A stretch of DNA of 64,000 nucleotides from Candidatus Poribacteria bacterium (GTDB lineage: Bacteria > Poribacteria > WGA-4E > WGA-3G): positions 96,001-160,000 of the forward strand of contig OZ251518.1 of assembly GCA_965242965.1 (NCBI GenBank), written 5' to 3'. A model generated the notes under the pieces. That model ran no database searches and was not told the DNA's origin. It was given only the letters and a program-made list of their open reading frames with translations. The first letter of the stretch is position 1. Each line of letters begins with the position of its first letter. Positions 36,286-45,165 of the stretch are shown here, in pieces. The position numbers and the translations under genes were made by a program.

Positions 36286-39200
36286 TTTCAATTCCTCCCG
36301 CCGGCACCTCAACCGCCGCCGAAACACGCTTCTCTTCCCCGAAGAAGAACTTACGCAAATCAGCGTTAATCGCATACAACGCCGGCATCACGAACAATGT
36401 CATCGTCGTCGCGAAGGCGAGGCCGAAGATGATGGTGTTCGCCATCGGCATCCAAATTGGCGACTTGCCACCGAGGCCGAGTGCCATCGGCACGAGCCCG
36501 AAAATCGTTGTCATTGAAGTCAAAACAATCGGACGCAGACGGACGCTGCCGCCTTTCAAAATCGCATACCATTTGTTATAGCCGCGCTCACGATACCTGT
36601 TGATGAAATCGATGAGAACGATGGAATCGTTCACGACGATGCCCGCAAGCGCAACAATGCCGAACATCGCTACCATGCTGAGCGTCGCATCCGCAAGGAA
36701 CAACCCTACCATCGCGCCTATCATCCCAAACGGAACGGCAAACAGAATGATAACAGGCTGTGTAAACGATTTGAATTGCGCGCCAAGCACCATATAAATG
36801 ACGAGCAGCCCGACTCCAAACAATTTCCACAACTCCGAGAAGGAGTCCCGAACTTCGTCAAATATGCCGCGGAAATCGAGCCGATAGCCCGGATACAGGG
36901 ATTCCACATCCGCGAACGCGCTGATAAGTGTCTGATTGACTTTGACAGCGTTCGTTTTAGTGGTATCTACGGAGGCATACACGGTAATAGCACGTTCACC
37001 GTCAAATCGGCGGATGTCGGAATAGCCTTTCTCCTCTATAATTTCGGCGACATCTTTAAGCGGGATAATCGCCCCAGTCGGTGTCGCAATCAACAAGTTA
37101 TTGAGCGCGTCGAAAGTTCTGAGGCTCTCCTCATCGTATTTGACGATGACATCTATCGCTTCGTCCGCTTCCCGGTATGTTGTCGCTTTCGCTCCTTCAA
37201 CAGCCGTGCGCACAGTCTGCGCGATATGGAGCGTCGTTAACCCGTACTGATGCGCCTTCTCCGATTTCAGGTAAATCCGCAGTTCCGATTTGCCGACGCG
37301 GAAATCGTCTCGGACATCGTAAACGCCGTCCATGTCATCTAATTCGGCTTTCAACACATCGGTGAGCTCCATCAGTTTATCAAACCGCGCTCCTTTGACT
37401 TTCACCTCAACGTCCTGGCCCTGAGGCGGTCCGCCCTCTAATTTGACGTAATTCAGTTTTTCGATGCCGCTAATTCGCGTCGTGTCGCGGCGTAGCGAGG
37501 CGATAACCTCATCTACGTTTCGGGTGCGCTCTTCTTTCGGCGTGAGTTCAACGATAATCTCTCCCAAATTAGAACCGTAACTAACGCTCTCCATGCCGCC
37601 CGATGTCGGCGTATGCAAACCGACATTGCTGACGATGGCCGCGAGCTCCGTTGAAGGCAGTCCTTTGACAACCTCCTCTAACTGCGCGATGACACCGGTT
37701 GTCTCCTGCATTCCGTAAGCCGGCGGCATCTCCGCTTTGAGATAGAATTGCGGGAAATCTTCGCCGGGGAAAAGTTCCTTGTCAAGAACGAGAAACGCGC
37801 TGACGCACGTGATTAAACCGAAGAGCAGGACACACCCGACGAACGCATACCGCCACCGAATCGTCGTCTTCAGGATTTTGACATAGCGGCCCCGCACGGC
37901 ATCAAACCATCGGGTGGAACGTGCCTTCCGGCTTTCCGCCCTTCCCCACTCAGCGACATGCGCCGGCAGGATGACAAACACCTCAAAAAGTGAGGCGATA
38001 AGCACCAAAATCGCCATAATCGGCACGATGCGCATGAATTGCCCCGGAACGCCTGACATAAACATCAGCGGACCGAATGCACCGATAGTTGTTAGACTCG
38101 CGGCGACTACCGGCCACCCGACTTCTTCCGCCCCGCGGATCGCGGCGGCTTTTGGGGAGGCACCCGCCTGAATATGCCGATAGATATTTTCTATCACGAC
38201 GATGGCATCGTCCACAACAATACCGACGACTAAGATAAGTCCAAACAGCGCGACACCACTCAGCGAATAGCCTGTTATCAGCATAAACCAGAACGTCGCC
38301 ATGAACGCCACCGGAATGCCCAAAGCGGCGAACAGCGCGTTCCGCCACCCGATAAAAACGAGCAGCATCAAGACGACAAGCCCCAGTCCAAAGATGGCGT
38401 TCGTCTCCAGAATACCTAACCGCTCCTTCAGGATGACAGAGTAGTCGTTAACCGCTGTCAACTCCGCGCCTTCTGGGAGTCCCGCCTTCCGTTTCTCTAT
38501 CAATTCACGCAGTTGTGCTACCAACGCGATGGTGTTCCCTTCACTCTTTTTTTGAACGCTCAAACTGATTGAGGGTTGTCCATTGATACGTGAGAGTGTT
38601 CGTGCCTCCTCGTAAGTATCCGAAACGGTGGCGATGTCGCGCAGGCGTAACGGCGTGCCGGTAGGCTGCACCCTGATGATGGTTTCGCCGATGGTGTCCG
38701 GGTTGGGAAATTCGCCCATCGTGCGCACCATATATTCTGTCGCTTTCGCCGCCGTCCCGATTTCAATAGTCCCCGCAGGCAGATTTAAATTGCTGGCATT
38801 GAGTGCAAGACTGACAGCCCCAATCGGCAACCGATACGCCTTGAGTTTATCGGCATGCACCTCTATCCAGATTTCCCTTTCGCGGAGTCCGGCTATCTGC
38901 ACAGATGCGATGTTTTTGATGTCTAGGATTTCGTCTTTCAGATTTTCGGCGATAGTCCGCATCCGCGTTTCGGAAATAGTGCCGCCGACGACTACCGTCA
39001 ACATCGGGAAACCAGCAGAGATATCCAACTCCGTAACCTTCGGTTCGTCGAGTATCTCGTCTGGCAGTTCGTTGACTTGTTCAACCGCCGCCCGGAGGTT
39101 TTGAAGCTGCTTATCAAAATCCCGTTCGCTCATTTCTTCAAAATCGACGGAGATGAGAGAGCGTCCTTCCGATGAGGTGGAAAGCATGAGGTTGATTTTG

Positions 39201-39427
39201 CTGACGTTTTCTTCGATTGCCTCTTCGATGGGGGCTGTTACGAGTTTCTCCACCTCTTCCGGCGAAGCACCTGGGTAAAGCGTAGCCACGGTTGCGGTTT
39301 GCAATGCGATTTCTGGGGTGAGTTCGCGCGGCAGATTTATCCATGCATACACCCCGAAAATGATGATGAGCATCATCAGCATGTTCGCCAGCACCGGGTT
39401 GTTGACTGATATTTTCGGAATTGACAT
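36278..39427 (-). CDS. RND efflux permease (AcrB/AcrD/AcrF family)
   Basis: YPGASPEEVE, GIVVDDAIVV.ENI, GIVVNDSIVL, RLRPI.LT..TT. Confidence 0.95.
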   Translation of the reverse strand: MSIPKISVNNPVLANMLMMLIIIFGVYAWINLPRELTPEIALQTATVATLYPGASPEEVEKLVTAPIEEAIEENVSKINLMLSTSSEGRSLISVDFEEMSERDFDKQLQNLRAAVEQVNELPDEILDEPKVTELDISAGFPMLTVVVGGTISETRMRTIAENLKDEILDIKNIASVQIAGLREREIWIEVHADKLKAYRLPIGAVSLALNASNLNLPAGTIEIGTAAKATEYMVRTMGEFPNPDTIGETIIRVQPTGTPLRLRDIATVSDTYEEARTLSRINGQPSISLSVQKKSEGNTIALVAQLRELIEKRKAGLPEGAELTAVNDYSVILKERLGILETNAIFGLGLVVLMLLVFIGWRNALFAALGIPVAFMATFWFMLITGYSLSGVALFGLILVVGIVVDDAIVVIENIYRHIQAGASPKAAAIRGAEEVGWPVVAASLTTIGAFGPLMFMSGVPGQFMRIVPIMAILVLIASLFEVFVILPAHVAEWGRAESRKARSTRWFDAVRGRYVKILKTTIRWRYAFVGCVLLFGLITCVSAFLVLDKELFPGEDFPQFYLKAEMPPAYGMQETTGVIAQLEEVVKGLPSTELAAIVSNVGLHTPTSGGMESVSYGSNLGEIIVELTPKEERTRNVDEVIASLRRDTTRISGIEKLNYVKLEGGPPQGQDVEVKVKGARFDKLMELTDVLKAELDDMDGVYDVRDDFRVGKSELRIYLKSEKAHQYGLTTLHIAQTVRTAVEGAKATTYREADEAIDVIVKYDEESLRTFDALNNLLIATPTGAIIPLKDVAEIIEEKGYSDIRRFDGERAITVYASVDTTKTNAVKVNQTLISAFADVESLYPGYRLDFRGIFDEVRDSFSELWKLFGVGLLVIYMVLGAQFKSFTQPVIILFAVPFGMIGAMVGLFLADATLSMVAMFGIVALAGIVVNDSIVLIDFINRYRERGYNKWYAILKGGSVRLRPIVLTSMTTIFGLVPMALGLGGKSPIWMPMANTIIFGLAFATTMTLFVMPALYAINADLRKFFFGEEKRVSAAVEVPAGGIENG

Positions 39428-39472
39428 TTGGCTATATTTTCCTCGTTTGTGTTTTGTCTATTTGAAAAGGGT

Positions 39473-39829
39473 GGCGGCCGCGGTTAATCCACCGCGGTCG
39501 CCTGTTAGGGCGAGGGACAGGCCCTCGCCACGCGTTTGGTTGGCAAACCGCATCACCCCTGTAGGTCAGGATCGCCTGATCCTGACCCGTTCGGGATCAG
39601 GCGCTCCCGAACTACAGAGGGGGAAACACACATCATGACGATAGAGATCGCGGGGGACAGGCCCCCGCGCTACGAAAAAAACGCCATCCCTTCATCGTAG
39701 GGCGAGGGCCTGTCCCTCGCCATCGTCGGCGCAATTCAACGCTCGCGGGGGACAGGCCCCCGCGCGACGGGCACATCGAGACCGGGAGGTCTCTCCTACC
39801 GGGAAGCCATCGAAATATGAAACCCCCTC
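39473..39829. repeat. Composite repeat cluster with GC hairpin and terminal TIR
   Basis: ggcggccgcggt-taatcc-accgcggtcgcc, REPs, atgaaaccccctc. Confidence 0.8.
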
Positions 39830-39831
39830 AG

Positions 39832-40572
39832 TTACTGTTGCACCGTTTTTAAGTGTCCCCATGTTGTCGCCAATTTTCCGCTAGGTGCGACTGCCAGCGG
39901 CTCAATGCCTTCGCCTTCGACAGAAAGCGTATCTACGAGTAACGTGACGGTCTGGCCGCCCCAGTTGTTCATAAATCCGATGCCGATACGTTCTGCATCG
40001 AACTTATGGTTCCACGTTTTCTCCCCAGCGAGCATCCATTCATCCTTCTCGTTTTCGCGATAGTAGCCCGAGAACACGTCATCCTCTTTGACGATTTTCA
40101 GGTGAAGTGGGGCATCGAACCCGGTTTGCGGGTGCCCCTTATCTTGCCAATTGGCTTTCACCATGCTGCCGATGAGCGTTTTCTGCGGTTGATTCGCTTC
40201 GCCACCAAAGAGAAAACAGGCGTAGTTCAGATTGTCGTCGCTGAAGATGAAAATTCCCATCCACGCGTCGGCGGGTTTATCCGGGTCTGACGTGAAAATC
40301 CCGCTCACGGTGAGATTCTCCGCGGCACTTTTCGGGATGTCCCGTTCCAGCATCGGTTTATCGGGAGTGGTATGCCCCCAGTTGCCCGGATTCGTCATCT
40401 GTAAGAAACCGTCCTTGACTTCATGCTCCGTCTGCTTATTGTTGTGGTCCCGGAATTTCCAGTCCGCAACAAGCTCATTTCCATCAAACGGATCCGTCCA
40501 CACCGCGGCGGACACTGCACCGGCGAATCCTACTATCAGGATACCGATGATGCATATCATAGATTTTTTCAT
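39832..40572 (-). CDS. Secreted ConA/LamG-like (DUF1349-like) protein with KLATTWG C-terminal motif
   Basis: Signal peptide; beta-rich body; ends AVAPSGKLATTWGHLK. Confidence 0.75.
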   Translation of the reverse strand: MKKSMICIIGILIVGFAGAVSAAVWTDPFDGNELVADWKFRDHNNKQTEHEVKDGFLQMTNPGNWGHTTPDKPMLERDIPKSAAENLTVSGIFTSDPDKPADAWMGIFIFSDDNLNYACFLFGGEANQPQKTLIGSMVKANWQDKGHPQTGFDAPLHLKIVKEDDVFSGYYRENEKDEWMLAGEKTWNHKFDAERIGIGFMNNWGGQTVTLLVDTLSVEGEGIEPLAVAPSGKLATTWGHLKTVQQ

Positions 40573-40652
40573 AGTGAAACCTCCTTGGAATTATTATAGC
40601 ATATTGTTAGATGTTATGCAAAGGAAAAATGTTCGGTGAGAATAATTTGGGT

Positions 40653-41035
40653 GAGGGTGTTTCATAAATCGCCCCCCCCGCCATGCCCGGGGCCATTGAA
40701 CGTTCGCGAGGGACAGGCCCTCGCGCTACGGAATCGGGAAGGCGATTGGGCCCTCGAACGTTCGCGGGGGACAGGCCCCCGCGCTACGATAAAAAACGCT
40801 ATCCCTCACCGTAGGGCGGGGGCCTGTCCCCCGCCATGCTGCGGTCTACTGAAACCTCGCGAGGGACAGGCCCTCGCGCTACGGAATCGGGAAGGCGATT
40901 GGGCCCTCGAACGTTCGCGGGGGACAGGCCCCCGCGCTACGATAAAAAACGCTATCCCTCACCGTAGGGCGGGGGCCTGTCCCCCGCCATGCTGTGGTCT
41001 ACCGAAAACTCGCGAGGGACAGGCCCTCGCGCGAC
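40653..41035. repeat. MITE-type TIR followed by 153-bp tandem duplication of REP modules
   Basis: Units start at 40704, 40857 and 41010 (partial). Confidence 0.88.
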
Positions 41036-41041
41036 AGAATT

Positions 41042-41070
41042 TTGACATAAAATCAAAATTATGATAAACT
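41042..41070 (+). promoter_or_regulatory. Putative sigma-70 promoter for glcD
   Basis: TTGACA-17 nt-TAAACT with TG extension. Confidence 0.55.
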
Positions 41071-41119
41071 AAATACAACGATAGTGACAAACATGCCTAC
41101 TGATAAGGAAAAATCGACT

Positions 41120-42538
41120 ATGCAAGAAAAAGAAAAACTCATTGCGGAACTCTCCGATTTACTCGGTTCCCGAAACGTTTTAACGGACGCGACCGCGCTC
41201 TCAGTATACGAATGCGATGCCGCTCCGTCTTTTAAGGCGATGCCAGATATCGTCGTGTTCGCCGACACGGCGCAGCAGGTATCGGCCATCGTGAAATTGG
41301 CGAACCAGCATGACACGCCGTTCATCGCGCGCGGCGGCGGCACGGGACTGAGCGGCGGTATGCTCTCGGTGCAAGGCGGCATCATCATCGCGCTCAATAG
41401 GATGGACCGCATTTTAGAAATTGACTATGAAAACGAACGCGCGGTTGTTGAGCCCGGTGTGGTTAACCTGTTGCTCACGCATGCGGTGCAAGACGAAGGT
41501 TACCACTACGCGCCAGATCCGTCCAGTCAAAAGGCGTGCACCATAGGCGGCAACATCGCGGAAAACTCTGGCGGCCCGCATACGCTCAAATACGGCGTTA
41601 CGTCAGACCATGTGCTAGGACTGGAAGTGGTGCTTCCCGATGGTGAAATAATTGAACTCGGTGGCATCGTCGAAGAAACACCGGGTTACGATTTACGTGG
41701 CGTGATGATCGGTTCCGAAGGCACCTTCGGTATAGTGACGAAGGCGGTAGTGCGTCTCACCCGTAATCCGCAGGCGTACCAAACCGCGCTCGCCGTTTTT
41801 GAGACGATGGACGATGCCTCCAACGCCGTGTCAACTATTATCGGCGCGGGTATCATCCCCGCCGCTTTGGAGATGATGGATAGCCTCGTGATCCGTGCGT
41901 TAGAAGAGGCGTTTCAGTTCGGCTTCCCGCTGGATGCGGAGGCGATTCTTATCGTGGAACTTGACGGTATCAAGGCAGGGATGCAGAACCAAACCGACCG
42001 GATTCTGAAAATCTTCAAGCAACACAACGCGCGCGATGTCAACTACGCCAAAGACGACGCGGAACGTGAGCAGCTCTGGAAGGCGCGGAAAAGCGCGTTC
42101 GGTTCATTCGGCAGGCTCGCGCCGAACTATATCACGCAGGACGGTGTCGTGCCGCGCACACGGCTGCCGAAGGTGCTCCGCAGAATCTCCGAAATCTCTG
42201 AGAAGTATCAGATACCTATCGCGAATGTCTTCCACGCCGGCGATGGGAATATCCATCCTATCGTGCTTTTCAACGAACGTGACGCAGACCAGTGTGAGCG
42301 GGTGGAGCATGTCAATATGGAGATACTCTCCGTTTGCGCCGAGGTAGGGGGGACAATCACCGGGGAGCACGGTATCGGCGTTGAAAAGATGGACTATATG
42401 CCCCTCATCTTCAGCCACGCCGATTTAGAGGTAATGGCGGCGGTGAAGGAGATCTTCAACCCGACAGGGCTCTGTAACCCCGGCAAGATTTTCCCGACAG
42501 CGGCATCCTACGCGAAACTGGGTCTGCAGGAGGTTTGA
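41120..42538 (+). CDS. glcD: Glycolate oxidase FAD subunit GlcD
   Basis: RGGGTGLSGG, YAPDPSSQ..CTIGGN.AENSGG, GSEGT.G, FHAGDGN.HP, GEHGIG.EK, NPGK. Confidence 0.92.
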   Translation: MQEKEKLIAELSDLLGSRNVLTDATALSVYECDAAPSFKAMPDIVVFADTAQQVSAIVKLANQHDTPFIARGGGTGLSGGMLSVQGGIIIALNRMDRILEIDYENERAVVEPGVVNLLLTHAVQDEGYHYAPDPSSQKACTIGGNIAENSGGPHTLKYGVTSDHVLGLEVVLPDGEIIELGGIVEETPGYDLRGVMIGSEGTFGIVTKAVVRLTRNPQAYQTALAVFETMDDASNAVSTIIGAGIIPAALEMMDSLVIRALEEAFQFGFPLDAEAILIVELDGIKAGMQNQTDRILKIFKQHNARDVNYAKDDAEREQLWKARKSAFGSFGRLAPNYITQDGVVPRTRLPKVLRRISEISEKYQIPIANVFHAGDGNIHPIVLFNERDADQCERVEHVNMEILSVCAEVGGTITGEHGIGVEKMDYMPLIFSHADLEVMAAVKEIFNPTGLCNPGKIFPTAASYAKLGLQEV

Positions 42539-42539
42539 A

Positions 42540-42866
42540 ATGAAAACCTATACCAAAGCCGAAGTCGCGGAGGTAATCCGCGATGTGCTGCATAGCAAGG
42601 TTGACGTTGAGTCTATAGAATACGTGGAAAAGAATGAATTTTCGCTCACTATCGTCATCGGTGAGGCGAGCGGAACCCCTGTCATTCCAGTCCGCGCTTA
42701 CGAACGTTTCCTCGACAGTTTTGCTGCCGTGTTAGGGCAGAAATTTGACACCGAGGGCACCATCTGGAGCACCGGCGACAAGATGGAATATCTCAAAAGC
42801 AGGAGTGGGTCTTGTTGGACGAGACAGATTACCATCGTCCTTGATAACATTAAAATAGCGGGGTGA
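42540..42866 (+). CDS. Hypothetical protein
   Basis: 108 aa, 1 nt after the glcD stop, GGAGG SD. Confidence 0.65.
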   Translation: MKTYTKAEVAEVIRDVLHSKVDVESIEYVEKNEFSLTIVIGEASGTPVIPVRAYERFLDSFAAVLGQKFDTEGTIWSTGDKMEYLKSRSGSCWTRQITIVLDNIKIAG

Positions 42867-42870
42867 ATCA

Positions 42871-43170
42871 ATGACAGAAACAGTGATAGGGGCCATAATC
42901 GGGGCCACCATCGGGGCTAGCGTGACGCTCCTTCTTGCCATAATCGGCGGGATAATCTGGATCGTCCGCAAATTCGGCGAAATCGAAAAAGACCTGGGGC
43001 TCTTTAAAGAAAAGGTGGACAAGCGTTTTTCTCTTCTTGAACAGCGCGTGAAGTATTTAGAGGAACGCCCCATCTACAAAACCCCTGTGGAACCAGGGGA
43101 CGGTGACGAACACGTAACCGAGGTTATCGAGCCTGAGATAAGGGTTCGCGACGGAGAAACCAAGGAATAA
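42871..43170 (+). CDS. Hypothetical single-TM coiled-coil protein
   Basis: 99 aa, N-terminal TM helix then coiled coil. Confidence 0.65.
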   Translation: MTETVIGAIIGATIGASVTLLLAIIGGIIWIVRKFGEIEKDLGLFKEKVDKRFSLLEQRVKYLEERPIYKTPVEPGDGDEHVTEVIEPEIRVRDGETKE

Positions 43171-43237
43171 ATGTCCTACGGCTAAGTTTCAAACAACGAT
43201 AGCCGCAGCGACTCTGCCTATAGGAAAAACCTGAAAT

Positions 43238-44530
43238 ATGTCAAACTCAGCCGCATTGCACGATGAACTGAAACGTATTGTTGGAAGAGCCGGGATGCTT
43301 CCAGATGCGCAAATCGCAGACTATACTATTGATGGCTTAACGCCCAAAGCCGTCGTTTTGCCCGCATCAGTTGGAGAGATACAAGACATCCTCCGTTTCG
43401 CTGCCGCCCGACATCTATCTGTAATCCCCGCGGGGAGCGGCTCAAAACTTGGGTGTGGAAACCCACCGGAAAAGGTAGACATCGTGTTGGCGATGCCGCG
43501 CATCAACGAAGTCGTGGAATACGAACCGGCAGATCTCACCGTTACCGTGGAGGCTGGCATTCAGTTAACCACACTACAGGAAAAATTAGCCGAAAACGGA
43601 CAGTTCTTGCCACTAAATCCACCTTATGCGTCGCGATGCACCCTCGGCGGAATTGTGGCGGCAAATGCGGGAGGCTCGCTTCGTCTCCGTTATGGGACTG
43701 CGAGAAACCTTGTCTTGGGGTTGCGCGTGGTGCATGCAAGCGGCACTGTTGTCAAAAGCGGCGGCAAAGTCGTCAAAAATGTCGCAGGCTATGATATAAA
43801 CAAACTCTATATTGGCTCATTCGGCACACTCGGTATTCTCACCGAAATGACGCTTAAATTGTCGCCGGTACCGGTGCGGCAAGCACTTCTCACGGCGCAG
43901 TTTCAGGATATTCAGGCGGCAGCCAAAACGGGATTAAGCGTTGTCGGTTCACAAACGCTGCCGGATTGCGTCAACCTCCTCGTCAATTCAGAATACCCAG
44001 GTCCGACGTTGGTGGCAGGCTTCGGCGGCGATGCCGAGACCGTGACATGGCAACTGGAACAGGCGCGCAGAATTATGGAACTAAATGGCGCAGTAGGTGT
44101 GAAAGAAATAGAGGGTGAACCGTTCCAGCAACTCAGTAATGCTATTCAGGCATTCGCTGAAGCCGAGAACGATTCCCGAACCGTCATCGTTAAGGTGAAC
44201 CTCAAACGGACAGACATCGCCGAATTTGCCGAATTTGCCGCGAACGTGCTGACAAAGCCCGCGGAGATAATGGCGTTGCTAGGCAGCGGTGTCCTCTACC
44301 TCAAAATGGAACAGGTCGAGGGACTCGCTGATACACTAGCACATATGCGGAAACGCGCTGTAGAGGCACGAGGCAGTCTCATCATTGAATCCGCACCGCC
44401 TGAATTGAAACAGCAACTTGACGTTTGGGGGCCGGTTCCTCCGCGCGCGCGTAACTTGATGCAACAAGTCAAAGCACGATTTGACGAGAGGAATTTGTTG
44501 AACCCAGGGCGTTTCGTTTCGGGTATTTAA
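43238..44530 (+). CDS. glcE: Glycolate oxidase FAD-binding subunit GlcE
   Basis: EYEPADLTVTVEAG, TLGG.VA.N, GGKVVKNVAGYD, GSFGTLG, LNPGRF. Confidence 0.9.
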   Translation: MSNSAALHDELKRIVGRAGMLPDAQIADYTIDGLTPKAVVLPASVGEIQDILRFAAARHLSVIPAGSGSKLGCGNPPEKVDIVLAMPRINEVVEYEPADLTVTVEAGIQLTTLQEKLAENGQFLPLNPPYASRCTLGGIVAANAGGSLRLRYGTARNLVLGLRVVHASGTVVKSGGKVVKNVAGYDINKLYIGSFGTLGILTEMTLKLSPVPVRQALLTAQFQDIQAAAKTGLSVVGSQTLPDCVNLLVNSEYPGPTLVAGFGGDAETVTWQLEQARRIMELNGAVGVKEIEGEPFQQLSNAIQAFAEAENDSRTVIVKVNLKRTDIAEFAEFAANVLTKPAEIMALLGSGVLYLKMEQVEGLADTLAHMRKRAVEARGSLIIESAPPELKQQLDVWGPVPPRARNLMQQVKARFDERNLLNPGRFVSGI

Positions 44531-44544
44531 GGATTGCGCGGACG

Positions 44545-45116
44545 ATGGCGAGGGGAACCCTCTCGCATGCGCGTGTGGCATCCGAGGGCCCTCGCCCTAC
44601 GTAAAGGGGCGGCGTTTTTTACCGTAGCGCGGGGGCCTGTCCCCCGCGATGGTTCAAGAACCGTTTTTTTTTATCGTAGCGCGGGGGCCTGTCCCCCGCG
44701 ATCTCCAGTGTCAAGAGTCGCGTTTTAGGTCCTTTAGGACCTACATGTCTATAGAAAAACGTGTCGGCACGTTTTCAAGGTCCTTTAGGTCCTTAATAAA
44801 AAAAACGCGCGGACATGGCAAAACCTATTAAGGACCTAAAGGACCTTAGGGTTTTTCGCAGGCGCGCGTGCTATAGACATTAAGGTCCTACGGACCTAAG
44901 AGACGTTATTTCCACCGTAGCGCGGGGGTCTGTCCCCCGCGAGGGTTGGATTGCGCGGGCGATGGCGAGGGACAGGCCCTCGCCCTACGATGAAGGGGGA
45001 CCTTCTGCCGCCGCTGCCCCGGGAGGCGCGCCGCCCTATTGCATCGAGACCGGGAGGTTTCTCCTACGGGTGTGCATCAATACGGGTCAAGATCAGGCGA
45101 TCTTGACCTACAGAGG
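44545..45116. repeat. Composite repeat cluster including a 178-bp foldback element (44720-44897)
   Basis: REPs plus aggtcctttaggacct...aggtcctacggacct element, repeated at 48986-49162. Confidence 0.85.
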
Positions 45117-45165
45117 TCTGAATTGAGCACGTTCTCTTACCAAACGAAAAGAGAGGAGCACTACT

